Assembly (NCBI GenBank): GCA_027078545.1
Contig: JALWXN010000004.1
Coordinates: 960,001 to 1,024,000 of the forward strand
DNA length: 64,000 nucleotides
Source of the DNA: Nitrososphaeria archaeon
GTDB lineage: Archaea; Thermoproteota; Nitrososphaeria; Geothermarchaeales; JDFR-13
Direction of reading: 5' to 3'
How positions within the stretch are numbered: the stretch's first letter is position 1; the number at the start of each line of letters is the position of its first letter. Below are positions 20,188-29,864 of this stretch, piece after piece. A program made the translations under genes and the position numbers. The notes below the pieces were generated by a model. That model was not told where the DNA came from. It did no database searches and worked only from the letters and a program-made list of their open reading frames with translations.

Positions 20188-20633
20188 GCCTCCACAACCT
20201 CATCGACACTACTTAGCTTGGAGTAGAGCTTGATACGGTTGAAGCTACCCGAGACCCTGAGCCTACCCACCCTATGTATCTTCACAACACGTTCGATAGC
20301 CTCATCATCAAGATCCAGGAGCTCGAGCTCCTTGATATAAGCGAATATCACGGGCCTCTCGAGACTCTTCAGCTCACCACCCCTGATGCTCAGCCTATCC
20401 AGCCCCTTAACAATGTAGGACCGTGAGACTAGGCTGCTCAGCCTATCACTAGCCTCATCGGTAAACCTGATGAAGAGCTCAAGCGCCTCGTTAACCACCT
20501 CACCAACGGTCTTATCCAGCTCCCTAGCTATGGTGGACACCTTCTTATAGAGATCCCTATCCACACCCCTGATGGAGACGACCCCCTTATCCCTACGTTC
20601 CTCACGAGCATCATCCCTATTCTCCTCAGCCAT
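20184..20633 (-). CDS. Hypothetical protein with N-terminal ribbon-helix-helix-like segment
   Basis: VVSIRGVDRDLYKKVSTIARELDKTVGEVVNEALELF fits an RHH pattern. Confidence 0.6.
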   Translation of the reverse strand: MAEENRDDAREERRDKGVVSIRGVDRDLYKKVSTIARELDKTVGEVVNEALELFIRFTDEASDRLSSLVSRSYIVKGLDRLSIRGGELKSLERPVIFAYIKELELLDLDDEAIERVVKIHRVGRLRVSGSFNRIKLYSKLSSVDEVVEA

Positions 20634-20717
20634 CAAGCCCACCCATTAAATAGTAGGTGTATGCATGGTTATAAATGTATTACGTGTAGGGATGGTTATA
20701 CTTGTCATACAAATATC

Positions 20718-21428
20718 TCAACGCCTCTCCAGGGCCTCCCTAAACTTCTTATTCGTTATGGATAGCTCTCTCACGGCCGAGGCAATGTCCTCTCCAGGCC
20801 TGAGGACATATTCGAGGAAGACGCCGGTTCTCCCATAGACCATCCTCTTGGAGAGGATGTATACCCGCTCGTTTACTATAGCCTCTGGTATCCCAAGCTC
20901 CCTGGCTGCGTATCCCGTCCTACCCAGGATGCACTCCTCCCTATGCCCATGCTCCAGGGGCTTGATAAGCATAAGCCTCTTATCGACACCCTTAACCCTC
21001 AACCCCTTCCTCAGGCCTTCAGAGTCAAGCATCCCCCCGAACCTATAGAAGTATAGCTCGTTACTTGTGAGCTCCCTGAGGGGGTAGCTCAGCACACGGG
21101 TCTCCTTCTCATCGAAGATGTAGTATACCTTTGGGGTTGAGGAGGGGGTTGCCTGGACAATCATCTTCTTAAGGACTTCATATCCACCGGACATTAGGAT
21201 GGTGTCGAGGATGGCTGGGCTGACATACTTAGGTATGACTATGTCTATATCGCTCCACTCATCCACGTCTCCCCGGGCGACGCTCCCATGTACATATGTC
21301 CTGATCCCCTTCGACTCGAGGAGGGTCATCAGGCCCAGGGCCCACTCCCTAAGCCTCCTAAGAAGCTCGAACCTCTCCTTTGGATACGTGACCTCCCTCT
21401 CCTCACCCTGGCGGCATATCCTCATCAA
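20718..21428 (-). CDS. Archaeal pol-beta-superfamily nucleotidyltransferase (COG2413-like)
   Basis: HGSVARGDVDEWSDIDI, VQATP, FYRFGG, RVKGVDKRL, GRTGVF. Confidence 0.85.
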   Translation of the reverse strand: MMRICRQGEEREVTYPKERFELLRRLREWALGLMTLLESKGIRTYVHGSVARGDVDEWSDIDIVIPKYVSPAILDTILMSGGYEVLKKMIVQATPSSTPKVYYIFDEKETRVLSYPLRELTSNELYFYRFGGMLDSEGLRKGLRVKGVDKRLMLIKPLEHGHREECILGRTGYAARELGIPEAIVNERVYILSKRMVYGRTGVFLEYVLRPGEDIASAVRELSITNKKFREALERR

Positions 21429-21479
21429 AAAATATTTAGGTTTCTGGCCAGATTAATCCGAGCAGGAGAAAAAAGGGAT

Positions 21480-22595
21480 TTAGATGGAGATTATCCCGCG
21501 CCAGTCTACGTCGAATACCTCGGCCACGCCGCTATACTCTACGTAGGCCCTCAGGAGTAGATCCACGATCTCATCGTCTGAGAGCCCCATCTTACGTAGG
21601 TAGAACATCCTATACTCGTCGAGCCTACTGACCGATGTTGAGTGGCTAGCACCGGCGACTATGCCCGTGTCGACCTCTAGCATAGGTATTGAGTGGGCAG
21701 TCCCATGCTCACCGAAGATTGTTAGGTAGCTCTTGACCGCCGTCTCAGCCTCGTGGGACTTGTTAAGTATCCTGGCAGCCCCTCTATGGACCAGGTAGCC
21801 CTGCTCGAGCACCCCACCCCTCACCGATAGGACGCTCTTACTATAGTCTCCATGGTGGGTCACATTGGTTATGACGTCTGTCTTCGTATCGGTCCTGGCT
21901 ATTAGGCTACCATAGGTGTAGCCCTCGCTCTCCCTGCCTACTGGATGCATATGGCTCCTGACATGGGTCATGTACCCGCCGAAGCCGAGAAATCTGAAGT
22001 CTATCCTTGACGACTCTCCAGCCCTCATCGTATACTCGACATATACCGGGGCCTCCCTCTGGTGGAGGAAGAAGTAGTTTATCTCTAGCTTAGCGCCATC
22101 ATCGACGTCGACCTCTACGAAGAGGGTCTTCAAGCCCCTATCGAGCGCCAGGTCGACCAGGTTAAGCCTATTCTCACCCTCCGTAACCTTTACGACGAGG
22201 TGGTTCGGCAGGTATCCCTTGGGTGATGGGGATACCGCTGTGACCTCGCCGCCACCAAGGGTTAGGACGGCTACATACTTGTTGAGGAGCCTATGGTATG
22301 CCTCCATCTTGTTAAGCTGAGCCGTATCCTTCCTATACAGCTCCGAGACGTCCTCGAAGCCCTCGCGGAGAACCTCTACCGAGTCGTACTCCCCCTCCAC
22401 ACCGTCAAGCGTAAAAAGGAGGTTAGGGGTGAAGCTCGCGAACCGGAGGTCATGCCTCAGCTCCTCGGCGTAGCCTATACCGAGGAGCTCCTCGAAACGC
22501 CTCCAGTCGGTGTAGTACTTGACGGTGGGGCTATCCCTCACCTTCTGGAATGGTATATCGCTGAGCTGCTTCAGCACCTGCTCCGTCGAGGTCAT
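21480..22595 (-). CDS. sufD: Fe-S assembly protein SufD
   Basis: SufBD beta-helix, SIPMLEV, ASHSTSV, FYLRKMGL; follows sufB. Confidence 0.85.
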   Translation of the reverse strand: MTSTEQVLKQLSDIPFQKVRDSPTVKYYTDWRRFEELLGIGYAEELRHDLRFASFTPNLLFTLDGVEGEYDSVEVLREGFEDVSELYRKDTAQLNKMEAYHRLLNKYVAVLTLGGGEVTAVSPSPKGYLPNHLVVKVTEGENRLNLVDLALDRGLKTLFVEVDVDDGAKLEINYFFLHQREAPVYVEYTMRAGESSRIDFRFLGFGGYMTHVRSHMHPVGRESEGYTYGSLIARTDTKTDVITNVTHHGDYSKSVLSVRGGVLEQGYLVHRGAARILNKSHEAETAVKSYLTIFGEHGTAHSIPMLEVDTGIVAGASHSTSVSRLDEYRMFYLRKMGLSDDEIVDLLLRAYVEYSGVAEVFDVDWRGIISI

Positions 22596-24013
22596 CCTAC
22601 GCCACCCAGCTTCTCAAACTCTATCTCCAGGACCTTCTTCAGCACGTGGGCTACCTCGAATGGCACCTCGATGAAGAGCTCGTCCAGGAAGCCCATTATG
22701 AGGAGGTTCTTAGCATCGTCCTCGTCCAGCCCCCTGCTCAGCAGGTAGAAGATCTGGTCCTCCGTCAGCCTCATCGTGGTTGCCTCGTGGGACACTGAGG
22801 CGGTCGGCTCCTCTATCTGGTTGTGTGGATAGGTATAGGCATAGCTCTTGTCGTCGAGGATCAGGCTCTCACACTCCACGTTAGAGACGGCGTTCCTAGC
22901 TCCATAGGGTATCCTGATGACGCCCCTATAGACGTTGATCCCTCCATCCACGCTGATGCTCTTGTTCACGATCCTGCTCTTGGTGTTGGGCGCCACGTGG
23001 AACATCTTGCTACCACTATCCTTGAGGTATGGGCCCTTGGCCAGTGTGAAGACCACGCTCCTACTGCTGCTTCCCTTGCCCCTGAGGACTGTCGATGGAT
23101 ACACATAGGTGAGCATGCTACCGATGCTCCCCTCGACCCAGTCCACCCTGGCATTCTCCTCGGCAATAGCCCTCTTATTGTTGAAGTTGATGACGTGCTT
23201 ACTCCAGTTCTGGAAGGTCGTGAACCTTATGTGGGCACCCCTATGGGCATATAGCTCGACCATACCGTCGTGGAAGCTGAAGCCCTTATACATAGGCGCT
23301 GTACAGCCCTCGATGAAGTAGATGTAACTATTCTCATCAGCAATCAGGAGTGTATGCTCGAACTGGCTCTCGAAGGCCCTCCCTATCAGGAAGAAGGCCT
23401 CGATAGGCGCCTCGACCCTGACGCCCTTGGGCACATATACGAATACTCCACCGCTCCAGAGGGCTCCGTGGAGGGCGGCGAACTTATGGTCACTCGGTGG
23501 GAAGATCCTTAGGAAGTATCTCTTCACTATGTCTGGATACTTCTGTACAGCCTCCTCCATAGGTATCATTATCACTCCCTTGTCCTCCAGGCTCTTCTTC
23601 ATCTTATGGTATATCGTCTCGCTCTCATACTGTGCGGAGAGGCCGTGTAGCACCTTGGCCTCCAGCTCGGGAATGCCGATCTTCTCGTAGTACTCCCTAA
23701 CCTCCTTCGGGATATCGTCCCAGCTGCTGCTCAGCTCTATATCCGGCTTTACGTAGTGGGCCATCGTGTCGAGGTCGAGCATCTCGATGCCCTGTAGCCA
23801 GTTGGGCATCGGGAGCTTGTAGAAGAGCTCTAGACTCTTCAGCCTCAGCCTAGTCATCCACTCAGGCTCCTTCTTAACCTTGGATATCTCCCTGATAAGG
23901 CTCTCCGTGATCCTGCCCTTCAGCTCCACCTCGGCTGGATAGTCCTTGGCGAAGCCAAGCAGCTCCTCCGGCTCGCGATACCTCACAAGCTCCTCAGGCT
24001 TCTCGATAGACAT
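22592..24013 (-). CDS. sufB: Fe-S assembly protein SufB
   Basis: KKEPEWM, KFAALHGALWSGGVFVYVPKG, QFEHTL, IEGCTAP, ECESL, HEAT, FYLLSRG. Confidence 0.96.
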   Translation of the reverse strand: MSIEKPEELVRYREPEELLGFAKDYPAEVELKGRITESLIREISKVKKEPEWMTRLRLKSLELFYKLPMPNWLQGIEMLDLDTMAHYVKPDIELSSSWDDIPKEVREYYEKIGIPELEAKVLHGLSAQYESETIYHKMKKSLEDKGVIMIPMEEAVQKYPDIVKRYFLRIFPPSDHKFAALHGALWSGGVFVYVPKGVRVEAPIEAFFLIGRAFESQFEHTLLIADENSYIYFIEGCTAPMYKGFSFHDGMVELYAHRGAHIRFTTFQNWSKHVINFNNKRAIAEENARVDWVEGSIGSMLTYVYPSTVLRGKGSSSRSVVFTLAKGPYLKDSGSKMFHVAPNTKSRIVNKSISVDGGINVYRGVIRIPYGARNAVSNVECESLILDDKSYAYTYPHNQIEEPTASVSHEATTMRLTEDQIFYLLSRGLDEDDAKNLLIMGFLDELFIEVPFEVAHVLKKVLEIEFEKLGGVG

Positions 24014-24019
24014 TCGACA

Positions 24020-24763
24020 TCACCTCGTAACAACCTTATCATAACCATGGGTCTCGACGAACTCGGCCACCTCGAGACCCCCGGTCATCACGATCTTCCC
24101 ATCTATCAGGACATTCACCTCATCAGGGGTTATGAAGTGGAGGAGCCTCGGGTTATGGGTGATGAGCAATACCCCCTTACCATTCTTCCTCATATCGTCT
24201 ATCACACGTGCAACCATCTTCACACCATCCACATCCAGGCCGGAGTCGGGCTCGTCCAGGATGACTATCTTCGGGTCATAGGCAAGTGCCTGGAAGAGCT
24301 CGAACCTCTTCTTCTCACCGCCGGAGAAGCCTACGTTGACCTCCCTCCCCATATAGGAGCTGTCCAGACCTACTAGCTCGAGCTTAGGCCTCACCTCACG
24401 TAGAATCTTGATATCCGCGAACTTGTCGTCCATAGGTATCCCACGCCTCTTCTTGATCACCGCCGGTACGAGTAGGGAGCCCTTGACGCCGGGGAGGGGT
24501 GGCGGCTCCTGGACACTTAGGAAGATCCCGAGCCTACTCCTCTCATCCGGCCCCAGCTCAAGTATAGACTCTCCGTTGAAGAGTATGTCTCCCTTGGTGA
24601 CCTCGTAGCCCTCACGCCCCATTATGGCATAGGCCAGTGTAGACTTACCACCAGCGTTGGGGCCCATGACGACGACCAGCTTACCAGGCTCTACCTTGAG
24701 GTTAACCCCCTTCAGTATCTCCTTCTCCTCCACAGTGACGTGGAGATCCTTGACCTCCAACAT
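24020..24763 (-). CDS. sufC: Fe-S assembly ATPase SufC
   Basis: MGPNAGGKSTL, REVNVGFSGGEKKR, LDEPDSGLDVD, LITH. Confidence 0.96.
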   Translation of the reverse strand: MLEVKDLHVTVEEKEILKGVNLKVEPGKLVVVMGPNAGGKSTLAYAIMGREGYEVTKGDILFNGESILELGPDERSRLGIFLSVQEPPPLPGVKGSLLVPAVIKKRRGIPMDDKFADIKILREVRPKLELVGLDSSYMGREVNVGFSGGEKKRFELFQALAYDPKIVILDEPDSGLDVDGVKMVARVIDDMRKNGKGVLLITHNPRLLHFITPDEVNVLIDGKIVMTGGLEVAEFVETHGYDKVVTR

Positions 24764-24767
24764 CCCT

Positions 24768-24782
24768 TATAACACCGTTATA
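24768..24782. promoter_or_regulatory. Palindromic operator candidate TATAAC-ACC-GTTATA at the sufC promoter
   Basis: Perfect 6-3-6 inverted repeat between TATA (24808-24801) and the start codon; same core at 38994-39006. Confidence 0.5.
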
Positions 24783-24839
24783 GAAGACGGGTTTTAACAT
24801 ATATAAAATCATGCATATTCAGGAGGGGCCTCGGTATAT

Positions 24840-26321
24840 TCAGTTATGACTCTTCCCAGTCCCGCTCCCCACGCGTCGCTCCATCAGTTTATAGGCTCTA
24901 TACCCCCCTAGGAGGTAGTATGCCTCGACACCCTTCTCCCTCAGCTTCTCCACAAGCTCGATACTCTCCAGCCCGACTGGGCATACCAGGACTACAGGCC
25001 GGCCCTCCTCCTTGAACTCCCTCCACCTATTCAGAACCTCCTCAGGCTTCATGTTTATCGATCCCGGTATGTGGCCCAGCATGTAGCTGAAGCTCCCCCT
25101 GATATCTATGACTATGGCGTCTCTAGGTATCTCCCCTGGCTCCACTCCATACTCATCCGGGATATCCAGGTTGACGTTGTAGAGATCCCTTAGACTATAC
25201 TTCATAGCGTTGGAGACCGCCTCCTCAATAAGCTCCATAGGTATCTTCGCCTCCTCCTCAGCAGCCACCTCAGGATCCGCCCACGTCACAGGGGCCTCCT
25301 CCACTAGGGCGCAGACCTCCTCCACAACCCTGCTCACGTCGTAGAGCCCTATCCTACGGGATAGCCTAATCACCTCCTCCTTATCCATCCCCACAAGGGG
25401 CCTGAGGACTGTGGAGCCTATAGCCATATCAGTGACGACGAGGTTCCTCAGTGTCTGGCTACTGACCTGTCCGACCGACTCCCCAGTCACCAGGGCCTCG
25501 CCACCGATCATCTCGAGGAGCTTCTCAGCCGCCCTGTACATCAACCTCTTCAGTATGACTATCCTATAGTCCTGCCTAACCCTCCTCCTAATCTCCCTAG
25601 CCACATCCCTGAAGTCGACCCTATAGAGAACAGGTTTATAGCCATAGGCCCAGTCCCTAGCCAGCTGAATAGCAACCCTCAACACCTTGTTGAAATGCCT
25701 CTCCCCACCCAGCTGGAAATGGACCATATGCATCTCTATCCCACGCCTCATGGCTAGCCATGTAGCGACGGGGCTGTCAAAGCCTCCTGAGAAGAGGGAT
25801 AGTGCTGAGCCCCCCGTCCCAATGGGTAGGCCGCCCGGGCCTTCACGCTCCTCGAGGTAGTAGTATACCTTGTCACCCCTGATCTCCAGCCTTACCCATA
25901 TATCGGGGTTCTCCAGATCCACCTTCTCAGCATATTTCAGTAGGGCCTCTCCAAGAGCCCTATTCACATCTATACTCCTGAAGCTGTGTCTACCAACCCT
26001 CCTAGCCCTGACACCGAAGCTCCTACCCCTGACCAGCTCCCCATATATCTCCACACCCTTCTCGACAATATCGTCGAGCGACTTGAACCTGTGGCTAACC
26101 ACCCTCACCACTCCGACTACCCCAAAGACACGTGTGAGGACATCCATGGCGTCCCCATCAACCTCTACATATATCCTCCCAGGGCTGGCCGTGACCTCAT
26201 ACCTCTCGAACCCGTTGGACTCGAGGGCATCCCTAATGTTCTCCACAAGCCTAGACTCGAACCTCTCCCTACTCCTACCCGTCTTAAGTGTCAGCTCACC
26301 CAGCCTGAGGAGGTATTCCAT
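24840..26321 (-). CDS. thiI: tRNA 4-thiouridine synthase ThiI with THUMP and C-terminal rhodanese domains
   Basis: RLGELTLK, GPGGLPIG, SGGFDSPVA, TGESVGQVSSQTLRN, EVC, rhodanese IDIR..GHIPGS..VCPVG; start set at MEYLL. Confidence 0.94.
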   Translation of the reverse strand: MEYLLRLGELTLKTGRSRERFESRLVENIRDALESNGFERYEVTASPGRIYVEVDGDAMDVLTRVFGVVGVVRVVSHRFKSLDDIVEKGVEIYGELVRGRSFGVRARRVGRHSFRSIDVNRALGEALLKYAEKVDLENPDIWVRLEIRGDKVYYYLEEREGPGGLPIGTGGSALSLFSGGFDSPVATWLAMRRGIEMHMVHFQLGGERHFNKVLRVAIQLARDWAYGYKPVLYRVDFRDVAREIRRRVRQDYRIVILKRLMYRAAEKLLEMIGGEALVTGESVGQVSSQTLRNLVVTDMAIGSTVLRPLVGMDKEEVIRLSRRIGLYDVSRVVEEVCALVEEAPVTWADPEVAAEEEAKIPMELIEEAVSNAMKYSLRDLYNVNLDIPDEYGVEPGEIPRDAIVIDIRGSFSYMLGHIPGSINMKPEEVLNRWREFKEEGRPVVLVCPVGLESIELVEKLREKGVEAYYLLGGYRAYKLMERRVGSGTGKSHN

Positions 26322-26370
26322 CTCCCGACTCCCAAGACCTTTAAACACCCCATAACCTATTTATCTAGGG

Positions 26371-26694
26371 ATGCCCAGGTACGTACTCGTCTACACCAAG
26401 AAGTCGAGGAAGCCTGAGGTTGGGGAGGTGGTAACCTACGACCCCGAGGGCGTCATAGGCATCTTCCATAGGAAGGCCCCGTTGACCCCTAAGCTGAGGG
26501 AGGGGATGCTCGTCATAGCGAAGATACTCAGCCCCAAGAGTAGGGGGAGGAACTTCTACATCCTCTGGCCAGTCAAGATAGTGGATGAGGAGGGCATCCC
26601 ACCAGAGTATGACAGGGATATAAAGGTGTGGGGTAGGCCGGCCTACAAGGCCCTAAGAGCCCTCAAGAGGAGAAGAGCTCAGACAAGACGTTAA
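26371..26694 (+). CDS. Hypothetical basic protein
   Basis: 107-aa ORF divergent from thiI; genome-like codon use; no recognised family. Confidence 0.6.
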   Translation: MPRYVLVYTKKSRKPEVGEVVTYDPEGVIGIFHRKAPLTPKLREGMLVIAKILSPKSRGRNFYILWPVKIVDEEGIPPEYDRDIKVWGRPAYKALRALKRRRAQTRR

Positions 26695-26926
26695 CCAGCT
26701 CCTCCTCATCCCTAACCCCCGAGACGACTATCCTCCCATTCTCGAATACGCTCACCTCATACTTACCGTAGAGACCCTTTGTAAATATCTTCCCGATCCT
26801 CCTAGCGCCCTCGAGCTTCGAGACCACCCTATCCTTCAGGCTCTCCCAGGCCTCCCTCTTCACATAGACGCTATAGGTATCAGTCTCCCCACAGTGCTTC
26901 TCAACAGTCTCGAGAAGCTCCCTCAC
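26663..26926 (-). CDS. Small Cys-containing protein resembling the C-terminal domain of Firmicute-type MoeB/ThiF
   Basis: HCG near N-terminus and YEVSVFENGRIVVSGVRD; GTG start overlaps the sufS TAG (TAGTG). Confidence 0.65.
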   Translation of the reverse strand: MRELLETVEKHCGETDTYSVYVKREAWESLKDRVVSKLEGARRIGKIFTKGLYGKYEVSVFENGRIVVSGVRDEEELVNVLSELFSS

Positions 26927-28158
26927 TACCCACTCACCAGCTCCTCGATGAGGCTGGCTACATACTCAGCCTCCTCATACGTGTTGTATATGTAGAAGCT
27001 CGCCCTGGCACTAGCCTCTATACCCAGCCTCTTATGGAGAGGCCCCGTACAGTGGTGCCCACTCCTAATTGCTACTCCCTGGCTGTCCAGGTATGCAGCG
27101 ACCTCATGGGCGTTGAAGCCCTCAACGTTGAAAGATACCAGGCCGGCCCTATCCTCACGCCTCCTAGGGCCATAGACCTCGACACCATCCAGCTCGGCCA
27201 ACCTAGTGTATAGCGTCCACATCAGGCTATTCACATATCTATGTATGTTCTCCATACCTATCGACTCGAGATACTCGAGGGCCACTGGGAAGACCGCTAT
27301 CTCGGCGAAAGCCGGTGTACCTGCCTCATACTTGATGGGCGGATCTGCATAGGTCACGACTGGGCTATAGTCATCGCGGTAGGAGACGCTCCTAATCATG
27401 TCGCCACCACCCTCGAAGACCCCCATCTCCCTATACAGATCCTTCCTAACATAGAGGACACCCACACCCGTGGGGCCCAGCATCTTATGTGAGCTGAAGA
27501 CCATGAAGTCAACGTCAAGCCTCTTAACATCCAGCCTCATATGTGGAGCCGACTGGGTAGCGTCTAGGAGAACCAGGGCACCAGCCTCACGGGCCAGTTT
27601 AACAACGCTTGATACATCGTTGATCGTGGATAGCACGTTGGATACGTGGGGGAATGTTATGATCTTGGCCCCCCTAATCTTCTCCGCCAGATCCTCCATA
27701 TCGATATACCCATCATCAGTTATCTCGACACCGATGTGATCAGCCCCCCGGAAACCAGTCACGATGTGGAATGGGACGATGGTCGCATGATGATCCATAA
27801 GTGTGTATAGGACCTTGTCACCACTATCAAGGTTGTAGAGGCCCCATGCATAGGCTACTAGGTTGACACCCTCGGTGGCGCTCCTAACGAAGATGATCTC
27901 CTCGGGCTCGGCATTTATGAATCTGGCCACCTTCTCACGGGCCTCCTCATACAGCTTACTCGCCTCATTGCCCAGGCTATGTATACCCCTATGGACATTG
28001 GCGTTCCTCATCAGGTAGAACTCCTTCAACGCCTCGACAACCTGTACAGGCTTCTGGGTAGTGGCTGCGTTATCCAGGTATATCAATCTACGCCCGTTGA
28101 ACATCCTCTCGAGGATGGGGAAGTCCCTGCGTATATATGCCACGTCAAGGCTACACAT
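26926..28158 (-). CDS. sufS: Cysteine desulfurase, SufS type
   Basis: IRRDFPIL, YLDNAATTQKP, ANVHRG, SSHKMLGPTG, EAGTP, RSGHHC, RASFYIYN; start set at MCSLD. Confidence 0.95.
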   Translation of the reverse strand: MCSLDVAYIRRDFPILERMFNGRRLIYLDNAATTQKPVQVVEALKEFYLMRNANVHRGIHSLGNEASKLYEEAREKVARFINAEPEEIIFVRSATEGVNLVAYAWGLYNLDSGDKVLYTLMDHHATIVPFHIVTGFRGADHIGVEITDDGYIDMEDLAEKIRGAKIITFPHVSNVLSTINDVSSVVKLAREAGALVLLDATQSAPHMRLDVKRLDVDFMVFSSHKMLGPTGVGVLYVRKDLYREMGVFEGGGDMIRSVSYRDDYSPVVTYADPPIKYEAGTPAFAEIAVFPVALEYLESIGMENIHRYVNSLMWTLYTRLAELDGVEVYGPRRREDRAGLVSFNVEGFNAHEVAAYLDSQGVAIRSGHHCTGPLHKRLGIEASARASFYIYNTYEEAEYVASLIEELVSG

Positions 28159-28223
28159 ACATATATAATGATTACACCAGCCCGAATAAAGGGTTGGGTA
28201 TAGATAGTGGACGGTGTATAGAC

Positions 28224-28688
28224 ATGGCGGGGAAGCATATCGAGATCCTGAAGAGGCTGGAGGCGGAGGAGATACCCTACACCCTCTACTACGACCCACG
28301 GGGATTCGAGACCGTCCAGAAGGTGGTTGAATACCTAGGCGTCGACCCAGACATGGTCCTCAAAACCATGCTTATAAAGTCTCGAGACGGGATCTACGCA
28401 TTCCTCATAAGGGGTGGGAAGGAGCTCGACATGGATGTTGTTCGTGGAGAGCTGCAGGACGAGGAGGCCCGACTAGCTACCCCCGATGAGATGAGAAGTA
28501 TGGTTGGAATGGGCCCCGGGGAGGTCAGCCCTCTACATCCTAACATAGAGGGTAGGAGGGCCTACCTCGACCTCGACTCGACCAGGTATGACCATGTAAT
28601 CGTGGGTGGCGGCACGCCTAAACATGTCTTCAAGATCTCCCTCGACGACCTAGTCAGGCTATTGAAGCCCTTCTACACCTCTATCTAG
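28224..28688 (+). CDS. YbaK/EbsC aminoacyl-tRNA deacylase family
   Basis: VLKTML, RLATPDE, GMGPGEVSPL, VIVGGG. Confidence 0.85.
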   Translation: MAGKHIEILKRLEAEEIPYTLYYDPRGFETVQKVVEYLGVDPDMVLKTMLIKSRDGIYAFLIRGGKELDMDVVRGELQDEEARLATPDEMRSMVGMGPGEVSPLHPNIEGRRAYLDLDSTRYDHVIVGGGTPKHVFKISLDDLVRLLKPFYTSI

Positions 28689-29864
28689 CCCCCTACCCAG
28701 TATAAGGGGGACTAGCAGAGTCATCCCGAGGGCTGCTACGAGGGGTATCCACATCATACCCAGGCCAAGGAGATCCGCTAAGAAGCCTGAAAGCGGGGCG
28801 CCTATGGCGATGCCCATGATGTTGAATGTCTGCTGGAGCCCCGTGGTCACGCCCCTTATACTGTCGTCGACGGTGACGGCTAGATAGGTACTCCCAACCA
28901 TGAGGAACCCTATCGCCCCACCCAGTATCATTGAGCTTATGAAGAGCCCCCTAGGCTCTGGATTAGCCATGAGGATGTAGAGCGACAGGACTAGTAATAC
29001 ACCCCCCATTATAGCTACAGGCCTCTCCCTACCACTCCCAAGTATCCTACCGGTGAGGAACATGACTGGTATACTCACCAGTGTGGCCACACCCATATAC
29101 ATACCCATCAGGCCCGAGACCCTCTCCTCCGGCAGGCCCAGTATATCGACGAGAAGGGTGGGGTAGCCACCCACGATGAAGCCGAAGGCTATGTAGAGGC
29201 TGAAGATCATAGCTATACTAGCAACGACCCTATCCCCGAAGACCTTTACCAGCCTGATATCTACGCTCCTCCTACTCACCTCCGGTATGTCGAGGAAGCT
29301 CGGGAGGAGTAGTGTAAGCAGCCCACCCATCAGGATTATACCAGCCAGGAGTAGGAAGACCAGGCGGAAGCCGAAGAGCGTTACTATCGTGGCCGAGGTA
29401 ACGGCGCCCGCGGCTACCGATATCGCTATGAATATGAGGAATAGGGAGATCCCAGGGGCGATCCTCTCCCTCCTACTATACCTAGCCACGAGTGATATCC
29501 CGCTGGGGAATAGCATACTACCCCCGATGGCGTGGACGACCCTAGTAGCCATCAACATCTGTGGAGTGGTGGATAAGTAGTAGAGTATCATGCTCAGGAA
29601 GTCTAGGAAAAGACCTAGCCTAAGCATCCTCCACCTACCAATCCGATCCATCACGAGCCCAGCGAATATACTGGCGGGTATGGCCACGATGGAGTAAAGA
29701 CCAGCTATCAATCCAGCCTCGAACTTCGTGGCGCCTAGACTATACGAGTATGGCGATATTATGGAGATGAGAAAACTCGTGTCTATAACGCCTATGAAGG
29801 CTATGAGGCTCAGTATGTAGATGATGAGCCCCTCGAGACTTCTCTCCTCACCTACTCTCTCCAC
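28659..29864 (-). CDS. MFS transporter
   Basis: About 12 TM segments; GLVMDRIGRWR motif A. Confidence 0.85.
   Translation of the reverse strand: MERVGEERSLEGLIIYILSLIAFIGVIDTSFLISIISPYSYSLGATKFEAGLIAGLYSIVAIPASIFAGLVMDRIGRWRMLRLGLFLDFLSMILYYLSTTPQMLMATRVVHAIGGSMLFPSGISLVARYSRRERIAPGISLFLIFIAISVAAGAVTSATIVTLFGFRLVFLLLAGIILMGGLLTLLLPSFLDIPEVSRRSVDIRLVKVFGDRVVASIAMIFSLYIAFGFIVGGYPTLLVDILGLPEERVSGLMGMYMGVATLVSIPVMFLTGRILGSGRERPVAIMGGVLLVLSLYILMANPEPRGLFISSMILGGAIGFLMVGSTYLAVTVDDSIRGVTTGLQQTFNIMGIAIGAPLSGFLADLLGLGMMWIPLVAALGMTLLVPLILGRGLDRGVEGLQ

Noticed and set aside
28159-28299. N-terminal extensions in the ORF track (sufS, ybaK, and likewise alaX, moaC, bcp, DUF59, 61820 ORF)
   Set aside because: They overlap divergent genes or promoters, and family similarity starts at the downstream start codons used here
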